Below, one piece after another: positions 25,702-38,122 of a DNA stretch of 64,000 bases. How positions within the stretch are numbered: position 1 is the first letter of the stretch; each line of letters opens with the position of its first letter. The DNA is from Tubulanus polymorphus (lineage: Eukaryota; Animalia; Nemertea): positions 11,387,859-11,451,858 of the forward strand of contig NC_134036.1 of NCBI RefSeq assembly GCF_964204645.1, in the 5' to 3' direction. A model generated the notes under the pieces. The model was not told the origin of the DNA. It was given only the letters and a program-made list of their open reading frames with translations, and searched no databases. Made by a program: the position numbers and the translations under genes.

Positions 25702-26189
25702 GATATAGTGTCGAATATTAAGGTCATTTTGGCAGATTCTTTTTTTTTTTAAGTGATATTAAAGCGATCATTAAAGTGATCCTACTTAATGAAAGATCTA
25801 CGGAAGCGATAAAGGGCCTCGAGTTATTGCGTTCCAACTCGATAAGTCGCCATATATATGTCGATATATCGCATCAATTCGACATGAATATGTCGACATA
25901 TCGTGACGTTTTGACGACTTGAAACTCAGTCGTCATATCACTGGCGTCCTCATCTTTCAGCAACGCCAGTCACATGGAGTCGTACGTGTTCTACTTTCTG
26001 CGACGCGACACGACTGTCACAACCAACCGACGAACTCTTGCGACTGACAGAAACTAGTCGCACACAATCGTATTGCAAGCGACTTGCATCGAAACTTGCG
26101 ATGCAACGCGAGGATCGCATCGTGTCACAAGAACAACCTACGTCTGGCTTTAAGTTACTGCGGAGCACCAGAAATATCTTTTTTTATCG

Positions 26190-26720
26190 TTCAAAAGACC
26201 TTTCGCTTGAAAATTCTTTCATCGGAACAAAATTTATTTCGTTCGAACCAATAATATTCTATACAATTGAACCAATTTGAAAAAATCGTTAGAACAAAGT
26301 TGAACAAACTTTTTTTTGTCCAAACGAAAGGTTTTTCGTTCGAACAATCGTTCAATTGAACAGAATCTTTTTTAATTTGAACGGAATTTTCTTGTCAGAA
26401 CATTAAGTTTTTCGTTCGAACAAGTATATTGAAAAAAGTTTATTTCTCCGAATCGAAAGTATGAAGTATTTCGTTCAATCGAACAGAATTGTTTTCATTC
26501 AAACATTCGTCCGAAAAAATTGTTTTCGCTCGACCAAATTTTTTTGCCGGGACTTAAAATTTTTCATTTCAACAATAACATAGCTTTTTATTCGAACACA
26601 TTTTTTGTCAGAATGAAGAAAATTTTTGGTTCAAGCAAAATATTGTTCGATCAAACAGAATTATTTTCATTCGAACAAGATTTTCTTGTTGGAACATTAA
26701 GTTTTTTGGTCGAACAGCGT
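26190..26720. repeat. Degenerate tandem repeat (ttcgttcgaaca motif)
   Basis: Recurrent tcgaaca / aacagaatt motifs with period around 20 and 40 bp. Confidence 0.5.
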
Positions 26721-28577
26721 GTTAAGGTCGATTTGGAAATTTACTCGGTCTGGTATATGTTGGATTACTGTGTATGTCATTTGTCAGGACATTAAACAGA
26801 AGACAACTTGGGATACTACCTTGCGTGACTCCACTAGTTTGACCGACTTATTCCAAGATGAGGCGTTCCGTTGATTTCGGCTACAAGTTTTCGTTCAGAG
26901 ATAACTGCTGAGCCATTTTGGCGACCTATCATTGATACTGTTTCCTAATAGCCTGTTTAGTAATGGCTGATGTTGTGCCTTATCCAATGCTTCGTCGAAA
27001 TCCACCGTTGAACAGGATTCTAAGACTGTGCAGAAAACCCGTTATCGCTGCTTTGCAGCTATATTTGTAATTGCAATTAAAACTTCATTGCTAAAATAAC
27101 TTTGTATTTGTAGTATAGTCGCACTCAAATGTAGATATTTGACAAAACAATCAAACCCGCTGCGTATAAATTTAAAACGATGATCTCTAGTGAGAGATCG
27201 AACGTCGTGTCGTAATTTTTAAATGATAAGCCATGGTTCGAAATTTGAAATATGCGCGTAGTGGGTCTTTTTCGTATTAAACGTGTATTTGGTCATGTAT
27301 CATATTGTTTAATGGTTAATCTAAACTTTTTGTGAGTTATTGGTCCTGGAGTATCGTTGAATGATTCATGTAAAGCAGGATGCAATATTTTACGGACATA
27401 GCTAGAAAAGGTAACAATGTGCTTGCCAATGTACTAATAATAAGTGCATTGGTAAACACAAAGCAAACAGACATTGGTTGCTTAAGTTTTTCGAAGGGGA
27501 GACTTTTTGGGAAAATTGATGGTCAATCAGAAAATTAATGGTCAATCAGAAAATTAATGGTCAATCATTATCGAGATATCTAAAGGGAAGCTTCTTCAGG
27601 GATTTTAAATGATGAACTGTACACAAGGAATTCTTTTTATTTGCATTCCAATGTATGAATCCGTTATTACCTACAAATACAAAAACAAGAAACGAAATTC
27701 TTAATATGGACTTTGCTAAATTTACGTGAGTGTATGTTTAATCAGCATCAAAATTAAGCATTGGTACTCTAGATAAGAGATTATAAGCAGAACAAATTGA
27801 AAATAGTGAAATATATTGGATTGAATTCAAATCATAGAAGAAGACTGATTTTTTACAGACAATTAGATCGAAAATAAGTGATAGATAATGAAGGTTGAAA
27901 GAATCTTCTCCACTTGGTATAATAAGCTTTTATTCACGGAGGTATATTCGCTCTAGCTGTTCTCTTTCTTTCCTGTCTCGTTGTTTTTTTCTAATTTAAT
28001 GTTTCCCGGTGTCTCATTTTAAATTATGTTATTCTTTAAAAGAAGGCTGGAGGAATGTTGTAACGTGTGTCGAAATCAAACGCCGGTATTGGGGATTTTT
28101 AAGCCGTGCTTGCACGCGCGTTGCAGGTGGATATAAAGACCACCCGCTTACGGCAGAGTGGGTACCTTGTATCTTGGCATAACAGTGTTAAAAAATTTGT
28201 ATTTTTGATTCGGACCAGATCATCTGGACAATAGACGCTGCGTATGTGCCGCGGGATGTTGAATTTCTCTGCACACCGGACACGCGATCGGTTTTCATGT
28301 TGAACCACTGCGGCGTTTCTTCGTCTTCCGGTCGTTAACGATTGTCATTACTTCGTCCGATGTTTAAACAGAACAACGAATACAGATAACCATTATTATC
28401 ATTGGAGATTATCATTCAAGAATGGAATTATTAAGTTCGTGGAATCAGTTGAAAAGCTGAGTTGAAAAGCAGTTCAGGTCTGACCGAGGCAACAATAATG
28501 TAACTACAATATATTTGCAGTTATTGCTGATCCGAACATAAAAGGTTGATTTACACAGTGTTTGGTTGTTATTTTTT

Positions 28578-28710
28578 CGATCTTAAAATAGGGATTGTCC
28601 CCATTATTTATTTATTTGGCTTGTAAATTGTGTTTGATTTTTCGATTGAGTGTCCCGTACAGACCCACCACACCTGCCGGGAGCGAAACAGGGGGTTTGA
28701 TTTTGAAATC
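28578..28710 (+). repeat. Dispersed repeat (second copy at about 48558-48686)
   Basis: cttaaaataggga...gagtgtccc.tac.gacccaccacacctgc.gggag...aacagggggtttgattttgaaat in both. Confidence 0.75.
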
Positions 28711-29044
28711 GGAAATCGAAGTACAGATATAGATGTGTGATCGGCGGTCGAGTAAACAGAATATTTTAAAATCGAAGTACATAATTGGAAATTCGGTTCC
28801 GGTTCATCCAAACAATCTTCCATTCAGTCTGAACCGGCAAGCGACTGATTGGGATGAATTTTTCTGGCTGCCTAATTTAATACAATGAGATTCTGGAAAT
28901 AGCTATATTACAAGATCATTTTGTCCATTTTTATATTTTTTTGGTCGTTTTCTACGTGTAAATAGTCCGATAGTTTAGTGTGGTTTTTTTCCTCGGGTAG
29001 ATGTTGATGTAGAAGTCCTCTAAGTTGATGATCCCGCGTGTTGA

Positions 29045-30270
29045 CTAGATAGGAAGAAAGCACATTTCGAAACGCAAATTTTCCAGATGAGAGTATGGCC
29101 CTGGGGTATCCGAAGTGTAGTTGTATGACATCGACGGTGCAGCTCCTATTAGGATGGGTTTCTCCGTCAAGGGGTGCGCAGTTGGTATTTCACATCTGGT
29201 GCTGAATTTGCGTAAAAGTATAAGTTTTACACTGGGAGCAGTTATGTGTTTCTAATATACAGTGAATTAGGTCCGTGAATGTATCGCAATCAAACGGACA
29301 GTGCTATGCGTATTGATAGACCGTCAGTAAGAAAGCGGCACAGACACGTGAATATTGAATACATGTTTGTACACTTACATATATACAGTCTTGATCGGCT
29401 TTTATTTACATTGTCACGATTAGATTTTTGGTAGCTTTAAATGAGACTGATGTCAAGAGGCAACTTTCCAGTCACCATTGCGCGTAGATAGACTGAGCTT
29501 GCTATCCTAAGGTCACAAACGGAGGCAGCGTTCCAGCTATCGTGGCAATGAGACTGAGTTTACAGTCAAAACATCAGAAACAGTAAACTAATAAACTAAT
29601 ACGTATGTGATGATATAGAGCAAAAGTGGTCAGACAGTTCTATGCGTATTGATAGACCGTCATCCCTGTTCGATCTAAATCAGAACATACCTCAAGTGTC
29701 AAAGTCGGGATATGTAGGTGTAAGTAATAAAAAAGGCGTTGGGTTTAATAAATAGACTACGCTAATGGTGTCGATTGTGATTCTGTTTACTGCATTCAGT
29801 CCGTTTGCATCCAGGTGTATAAGTACATTGTTAAGAGTCCAAATATGAAGGTTTGTTGAAGCATGATTTCTTGGTTTAGGCGATCTATTAGCGAGTTTTT
29901 GAAATAAATTATAGTGTTGATGCGGCTTGACAGCATCATATGATCATGGCTAACATCGATTTGTTCGCGTAGTAACGACGGATATTGTTTATCCTTTGAA
30001 TCGGTTCCACTTATTTGACAAGACTTCGTTTGAAATAAATTACATTATATATTGGAACATTTCAGGTCACTGTTTTAAGTATTAGAATATTATACGGTAT
30101 GTGATATCCTGTACTGCAAGAGAGGTCTCGGGAACTTGGATAACACGTGCCCTTGGTAACTGGTTCTTTCGTTGGTGTTCAAACAACGACCCTTCGCCAA
30201 TTTAAGAAATTGAAATTACCCGTTGAGGCCACAGGCCACATTGTAGCAAGATATATATGCAGTATCAGTG
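29045..30270 (-). pseudogene. Possible degraded multi-exon gene, product unknown
   Basis: Minus-strand splice-like signals (cag at about 29202, gtaagt at about 29378, gtatgt at about 29690). Open terminal exon TRCEIPTAHPLTEKPILIGAAP...LRFEMCFLPI*. Upstream exons contain stops or frameshifts. Confidence 0.25.
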
Positions 30271-30612
30271 AGAATATATTTCTTAACTACTGGAACATTT
30301 GTTGTATATGTTAAGTCGTTGACGCAGATGTGGTGATATGTTTTCGGAGTGTATCACGGACCCGTATTTGTTTCAACTGACAAATAGCCGTTGGATATTT
30401 CAAACGGATAGCTATGTGCAAAAATCACTAAGATGAACACAGAAATTTCGTTTAGCATATTATCTTATATCTTATCCCACTAAAATTAAAATCCCTTTGA
30501 TATTCTCAGAAATGTATGTTTATTTGAATGTGGAAAAAGTCCGACCCAGTGTTTTAAGGTTATACCAAGCGCTTAGCGCACTGAAATAATTTCTCCATAA
30601 TGTAAAATATTG

Positions 30613-30985
30613 TACCAATTGGTGTTACTATTTTTGTAGCATTTATTGTAAATCTATGTATCATTCATATTTTGATTCATGAGATTTTAAAATTGACAAA
30701 TTTTATAAGATATTAATTTGACGCGATTTGATTAATTTTTCGTCATCAAGCTTTTCATCCAGATGAGGATTGGTATAACCTAAACATATATACTCTATAA
30801 TCGTTCCCCAAAGAACCCGGTCTAGAACCATCCGATGATATTGAAAGGGTTTCTTACGTAAACCTTTTATAGGGAATGGTTCCTCAAAAAACCTTTACCG
30901 GGGATTCTTTCAAAGCACCCCACAAACTAGGTTGTTTGAGGTACATACAACCCTAAAGGGTGGAACCCTTCGTTCTTAGAGTGTA
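30613..30985. repeat. Dispersed repeat (RC copy at about 60140-60359) ending in a CACT-type terminus
   Basis: 30613-30835 matches RC 60140-60359; right end cttagagtg|ta. Confidence 0.65.
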
Positions 30986-31479
30986 TTAAAAATGTTCAAG
31001 CGTGGATGCTTTATTTGTTCAAGTTTCATTGAATGAATCAAACATGATACCAAATATTTGTATTCTTGCGGGTTTTTTATCCATCTACTACAGAGAGATA
31101 CTTCAACTTATGCCTAATAAATCATCAACTGATAATCTAGGCCAACATATATATTTTACTAATTCATGTCAAATGTTCTTTTCGTTATCAATCATCATTC
31201 GTATTGTTCAAGTAGTTTCTCATTTCTAAGATTGTTTTCTTGAATAATCTCGAACAATCGTGAAAGAATTAAAATCATAAAACGCAGTATCTGTAATAAA
31301 CAGGTATTGGATGTTTCAGTAAAATTTTCAGCCCAACGAAAATTATGAATGAGGAGATACTAAATTCCCAATAAGAAGAATAATTCGATGCTGTTCGATT
31401 TTTCAATCAGTAGTATTGATTTGTTTCTTTTTTATTGCTTATGTTGTCACAATGGAGATTTCTGCAGTTTAGGATATTT

Positions 31480-32558
31480 TCATCGGACGTAAATTGCCAT
31501 CTGTTCAGCTTTCTGCAAATTCTTGATTACTGAAATCGATGCAACGGTTATAGAATCTTCATACAATTTGCAAATATTTTCAGACATAGGACAGGCTTTT
31601 TATATGCATTGGATGAACCGAATATAGATAAGTTGTGAAATGCTTACATGACGCGGAATTTGGCGCGTAGTAGATATTTGGACTTCCCCTAGCCTGGTCG
31701 TATGTGCAACCGTGATTTTCATCCTCATGGACGTCGGCAACTACCATCCACAAACGATCTACTTCAAACCCTCCGTAGTTACGACTAATGAAAAATCGTC
31801 TATTCTCAGTTGTTGAAAAAACACTGAAATACATGATTTATAATAGGATATCTTACATAAATACAGAGCTTTTGCGAAAGCATCTAATATATGATACACA
31901 AGTAATTGAAAACAAAATATTCCAGATAAAAGAAACATGTTTACTTTCTTGTAGTGAAAACATATCATTTGAAAATCTGTTTTACAGGCAAAAACACATA
32001 CTTACTATCCTTCCATTGAAAAAAATGTTAGATTCTGATTCTTTTGATAAATCGTTCCAATTACTACCTATCAATCGTTCTTTATTGAACCAATTAGTCA
32101 TTGAAGAACCCGCTCCATTAAATCTGACGTAGGCAACGGTTTTTCCAGCCTGGTAGAGCTCTACTTGTACCTAGATAGACATGTAAATTAAACTGTCATT
32201 TCAATGAACCAATATTATAATGGTTGGTTTTCACGCTAGTTTTATATCTTTTAATAACAAATGTTGCTATAAATGAACTATCAACACCACGTGCTTAAAA
32301 CACTGACCTCTTTAACATCCATGTTGCCCCATGCATCCACATGAGGACTCTTCCAAACACAGTTACATTTTATCGTCGGTTCGGGTCTACTGGGCGGGCA
32401 TTGGTCATTGTATGGTTTTGTCCACGCTTCATAAAGACCTTTATTAGTCCCTTCACTGGCAACAAACACCAGTCTCCAAGGGGTATCGCTGTACGTAGTC
32501 TCGCCAAGTCATTTTGTTTATAGAACACGGGAGTGATTGGATTGAAATTAGTTGCTCC
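31480..32558 (-). CDS. Uncharacterised invertebrate extracellular-type domain protein; exons 32558-32308, 32170-32006, 31823-31648, 31529-31480; frameshifted; 5' exons unresolved
   Basis: WRLVFVASEG..LYEAW..CNCVWKSPHVDAW..VKE | VQVELYQAG..FNGAGSSMTNWFNKERLIGSNWNDL..NIFSMEG | RRFFISRNYGG..WMVVAD..CTYD..PNIYYA | KAEQMAIYVR*. Splice sites are canonical. One base must be removed in A7 (32019-32025) and probably in G4 (32480-32483). Confidence 0.75.
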
Positions 32559-32695
32559 CTTCGTTAAGAAGAGAAAAATTGTCATGAATTTTAAGCAGCT
32601 TAAATTGAAATTCATCATCGGTAAAAAATAGACATTTTTAGAATATATTAATATACTAGACGGTATGATCATTGTACAATCATCACTCACTTTCT

Positions 32696-35038
32696 CGGTT
32701 CCTGAACTTCGCTGAAAAAGCTGAATCACTGAAACGCTGAAACGCTGAAATAAAAACGCTGAAATTTCAGGGAATTTCCGCAAAACGCCGAAATTTCAGG
32801 GAATTCCCGAAAAATGCTGTAATCGTGCTAGGTACCAACAAAACACGTTTTGAAATATTTTCCGGGCCGGTGTCCGCTGCCGAGTCCTGAACCGTGTTTT
32901 AGTCCCTACCATCGGTTACAGAGACACGCATGGACAGTATGTGTGGAGTATACTTCTAGAGGGCCACTTGTTGGACAAATTAATTCGCTTGAAATCCGGA
33001 TTTGTAATGCATACAGGCAGCATAATGAGGAAAACCCATTCACAAACCGTGCAAGCCAACTTAAACACTATGCTCAATATTCCCTGCAAGACGCAAAATA
33101 TCTTATTTGAACGTTCATGTATAAAACATGGAGCAACTTTTCTTTTGTGTCACTATGGTATTCTCTGAAGGAGGTAAATTAAATTTGACAGCTAGTTATA
33201 TAAATGATGCAGCTTTTGGACAAAAGGGATCTAACTAAATTTTTTTTTAATTCACTGTGGAATGGAATGGAATGGATTGACGCCAATGGCATGCAGTAGG
33301 CCCCTACGTATGGGTCATACTGATTAGCGTCAACCAAAAATAAATCGGGCAAACCCTTCAACAACTGTGAATAATTTATTTGCTGTGGCGTGATAATAAT
33401 TAGTTTTTTTGAAGAAATGAGATATCAACTGTTAGAAAAATGTACCGATTCTTATTTTTAGACTACTACTGAATCTATAAAAGGAGGAGTCATAGACATA
33501 GTTGATTTGCTTAGCTGGAGACACTTCTTGTCAAGTACTTCATCTCAAGTACTAAGTGTTTTGTAAGTTTAATTTCAGTATTTATTTACTAAGTGCTGTT
33601 CCCTCGGACCTCAGTGCTTTCAAACTAGGCCCACCATATATATGGCTATATAGTCCAGGGTGTATTAGCCACTATTCTTTTATATCCTACTAAAATGCGC
33701 CTTTTTCTATTTTTAGATTCAGGCTTAGAATGTGCAAATTTTTTGAGATACTGAGAAATCAGCTGGCACCAGTAAACTTCAACTGCGAAATTTGCAGCAG
33801 GATAGCTGAACACCACAATTTTTAAAAATAAAATGGCTATTCGAATGCTATTTCAATAATAACTTGATTCAACCAGAGAGAAATAAGTCAATTGCGGATG
33901 TACAGTACACCCACTTTTTCTTCCCTATTTCCTGGTACCAAATTTTTAGTCTTAAGCTAAGCGATATTCTAAGGTATGCTAGTGGATTTCATTAGAATAT
34001 GAAGCAATGGAACCAGAATTCTAGCCAGAGTTAAGCGAACTATTGATTCTGATATAATGTAAGAACTGATTTCCTTTGTGTACTCTTGCAGAATGTGTCA
34101 TGTATTATTTTAAGCTGTTAAATAATATAGTTAGACAAACGTCCAATTATTGGATCTTTCTTGTTGACTCGTTTAATTTTGTGAGTTAAGAGTTCCAGTC
34201 AATCCACAATGCGCAGTGCCTAGCCTTCATCTACACTAAAGCCAAGCCTGTGTATGGGAAAATATCGTTCGACTCCTATAGGCCAGACAAATCAAAGCAG
34301 CATGCAATACATTGCAGATAGTAGTCTCCGGCAAGTCGAAAGAGAAAGTAAACCAGGTTTTACCCCGTACCCTACCCGGGAACAAAGACACTTAAAGACT
34401 CCTTCCTCCTTGTAGAAATTGTAGAAATATGACACCCAATCGTAGCAATGCTAAGTACAGTATACTATGACGGTTGAACTTTATTAACGAATTTCAATGA
34501 CACCGATAATAGAATCAAAATAATCATTAGTTCCATGCTAGCACTTAATTTGGGTTATCAGGTTCAGCCTAACTGTACTTTCATTCAGCTACAACTTGTA
34601 TGAGACTTGGCAATGATAAGTTGCTAGAAATCACCAAACAAGAAAAAATATTGTGAATTAATATTACCGTAATTAAGAATTTATTCAAATGAAGTGATAA
34701 CTTCATTGTTAGATCGTACCGGTATATGCACATAAAACTATAGCAAAAAAGCACATCTAACAATCAACGCAATCGATCAAGTCGATCATGACGACGAACT
34801 AAAGGCATGTCTCTGTAACCGAAGCTAGAGCATAAAACACGGTTCAGGACTCGTCAACGGACACCGGCCCGGAAAAGATTTCAAAACGTGTATTGTCGGT
34901 ACCTAGCACGATTTCAGCGTTTTTCGGGAATTCCCTGAAATTTCGGCGTTTGTCGGAAATTCCCTGAAATTTCAGCGTTTTTATTTCAGCGTTTCAGCTT
35001 TTCAGTGTTTCAGCTTTTTCAGCGAAGTTCAGGAACCG
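32696..35038. mobile_element. 2.3-kb non-autonomous TIR element (Mutator-type, TIRs of about 205 bp) with unique interior
   Basis: 32696-32902 is the reverse complement of 34833-35038. Same TIR as the 9-bp-TSD MITE at 14449. No TSD at this locus. Confidence 0.8.
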
Positions 35039-35415
35039 CTTTTAGGGGGTGCTGTACGCGCATGGCACTTGTAAAATCTTTAAATCGCTACTCGTCCTAC
35101 AATTATTATCCAATCTTGACAAAGTTTGCTATGTTGATATTATGGGTCAAGGGCTAAAATATTATTGAGCCGTTTACCCAATTTGACCTCTATGGGATGC
35201 TGTACAGGTCACACTTGTAAAATCTTTCAATTGCTACTTGTCTTACCACAATTATCTGATCTTGACAAAACTCGATATGTAGAAACTATGGGCCAAGGGC
35301 TAAAGAGTTTTAGAGTCATTTCCTGGATTTGAACACTTGAGCGTGCTGTGCAGGTGGTCCTTGTAAAATCTTATCATGAAACAGCGGAGCTGTATCAGCC
35401 GACAGGCTGCTTGTT
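35039..35415. mobile_element. HINE/Helentron-type remnant with core repeats of about 145 bp
   Basis: Repeated gtgctgt...cttgtaaaatctt units; terminal hairpin cagccgacaggctg followed by cttgtt. Confidence 0.55.
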
Positions 35416-35869
35416 TCATTCATTTCATTTAAACGTTTCTCAACCTTATTCAGATTCAGTTCTGTAAAATTTGTTCAACATCATATGTACTTCCTGAAAC
35501 CTGAAACTCGCGCTCAATGTCGTAAGAATGAGTCAGGTTAAGCAAAAAGAAAAAATGAAAACTACTGGTTATTATGTGATGCATGAATTAAAGCCTGCAT
35601 CGTTCACAAGTGTACATTAGAATAATTCTCCAACCAGATATGATATGGTTTAAACCTAGTAAAGATAGGAAAAGTAAAAAGGAATTGTATCTGTAATTCT
35701 TATATGTTCTTATACATTATAACATGACCAGAAAAGGGATCTCCCTGCCCATACTGAAACAGATTCATGAAAAACAAAATTAGAGATCACTTTGATGCTT
35801 AGAGATTGCTCCTGTTAAATTTGCTGTACTCGAGTATACGCCTATGTTTGATATTTCTAGGATGAAAAC

Positions 35870-36060
35870 TGTGACCACAATGCAGAAGTGGAAGTGAAAT
35901 ACTTAACTAGCCTGCGAATAAGTAAATGTTATTTCAAGCGTGGAAAAATGCTGACATCTCTCATCCTCGGCAGGGATTTGAACCTGATGGCATCGCAAGA
36001 CCCTGCCTGTCTGATTAGCTTTAGTGCGCGTGTACTTGTGGGCCTAGCCAAACGTCCTGT
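35870..36060 (-). mobile_element. tRNA-derived SINE-like head
   Basis: Pol III B-box GGTTCAAATCC on the minus strand (about 35975-35985); no complete cloverleaf. Confidence 0.35.
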
Positions 36061-38122
36061 TGTACAATTTTGTTGCAAAAACGGACGCAGACACGAAGTT
36101 CGTTTCTGCGCGGCGCAAAAACGAGAAATCAGCGCGCTAAAACGCGCCAAAACGGGGGCTAAAATGAAGTTTCGTTTCTGCGCTCGTTTTAACGCATTTC
36201 TCGCGGTAAATTTCGATTTTGCGCCACGCAGAAACGGACGCAGAAACGAAGATATATATTTTTGCATGGTATATTGCACGGAATTTATTTTTTTAACTTG
36301 GCCCTGATCAGCCACCATAGATAAGACCCATTTTCTGCGAGAAAACTACCAACAGACATATATCACTACAGAAAATTTAGAGAGTTAGTATTAACATTTA
36401 ACACAAATTAATTTTGTAAAAACTTTAGCGATTATAGAGACTTTGTTCTTAATACGGGATATCGACAAATTCAAGTTCTTGAATTACTCGTTTGATGGCG
36501 CTAGTCAGAAACGGAAATCGGAACCTAAATCTGCCATCTGCTAGTTCATTTGTAATAGAAATCTCTCGCTTCAAGTTTTTAGCGATATTTTACTTACTAT
36601 ACATCGACACGCATAATCCTTTAAATATGATATCTTGACAATGTGATGAATTCGATAAGGCATCACTTCGAAAGCTAAAGATCACTAGAAATGTAAAAAA
36701 ACTACAAAAAATCACAAATTAAGCGATGACGCTGGATGCAGCTAATGCAAGTAATGACTGGTGACGGTGCCATCACTTAGTTGTTAAGTTCAAGACTCTG
36801 AGGTGAATTTATTGCAGGCTACACTGTTAAATCCTTTAAAGATTTTAATATATTAATATAATATTTACTCGTCATGCAATGTGGATAATATTTGATTACG
36901 AAGACAAAACACGCGTAAACTTAATGGAAATCAACAAATTAAAGTTTGATCAAATCGCCAAAGCTTTAAAAGTTACTCGAATTTAAATAATAGGTTAGAT
37001 GGTGCACGAGTTGGCGGGATTTAGTGTGAGATTTAAAAACGTAATACGACCAGAGTCGCAATCTTAACTAATAAATAATAAGTAATAAAACTAATTATAT
37101 AACTAATAAGAAATGAAATCAAGGTTCCTTTCGTATATTGGCTATATCGGTTTCGTTTTCATTGTTTTATGATTTCGTTTAATCGTTTTTGTTATTTCAG
37201 CAGCGCATACCAACCTTGGTTGAGCGTGCGTGATCAGTCTTAAAATTGGTATTCATGCGCGGCTTAGTGCTGCCGACAATTCAATTCATTCTTTATTGAC
37301 ACAATAATACATTTACTTTCACGCTTTTGAAAAATTCTTTTAATTTTCTTTTACTTTCATTGGGGGCTTGCGTATCGGCCATTTGAAAAAATCTCTGTAT
37401 GAACATTTATATTTTTCAGTGTAAATATCGAAAACGTAAAACCCGCTTTTCTGTGAAATTAATTCTGAATTGAATTGAAGACTGGTTCCCTGCCTCTTCA
37501 AAGAGCCAGGGGGCGGTAGTCTATGGTAGCAATAGACTTTAGGAGTAAACTTTATCGTATGGTCGTAGTCGATTGTCGTTTGAAGGAGATGCAACTGATT
37601 CTTGCATAATGTCTTTATTATTCTAAAAAGGCAAATCGTGGCTCCTATCTACTTTCGTGTGCGGCTTCTCTTCACTTAAAGACACTCGAGTTAGTCACGG
37701 TTTTTTTTCTTCTAGCTGTAAATTTTTCTATGCAAAATAATTTCAACACAATCCGATACGTAATCTAGCAATTATCAACATGATGATAGTTTCCGTTAAG
37801 ACACTACAATATTCAAATAACAACTATCCAAAAGCTTGCACTAAAATGGTCAACATTTACAATAAAACCATCCCGATATTCCCAGTCCCCGTGTGTAACA
37901 TTTCATGTACGATGTACGACAACACCGATCTCTTAGCTCTTTAAGTAATCAGTTCAAAGTTCGATTAATTCTACTAAAGAAATATAAAACCACCAAGCAA
38001 GCTTTCAGTACAACCATGTCAGCAAGCCCATTTTTAGAATTTCTTTCTTGTTGTATCTCTAGGTTGGAACGGGAACCTGTTATATAACCAAACCAACCAA
38101 ACCCCATTTTCTTTTCTTGCAG

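Noticed and set aside
35888-36318. Overlapping 139-aa and 129-aa ORFs
   Set aside because: They span a SINE-like head and a palindromic transposon end; no protein features.
37340-37700. piggyBac transposase remnant on the minus strand
   Set aside because: Only faint motif resemblance, with many stops.
37940-38090. Signal-peptide first exon (MVVLKACLVVLYFF) plus TATA for the 31-32 kb gene, with a middle exon near 35450-35495
   Set aside because: Donor site is weak and the linking exon needs another frameshift; cannot be supported without RNA data.
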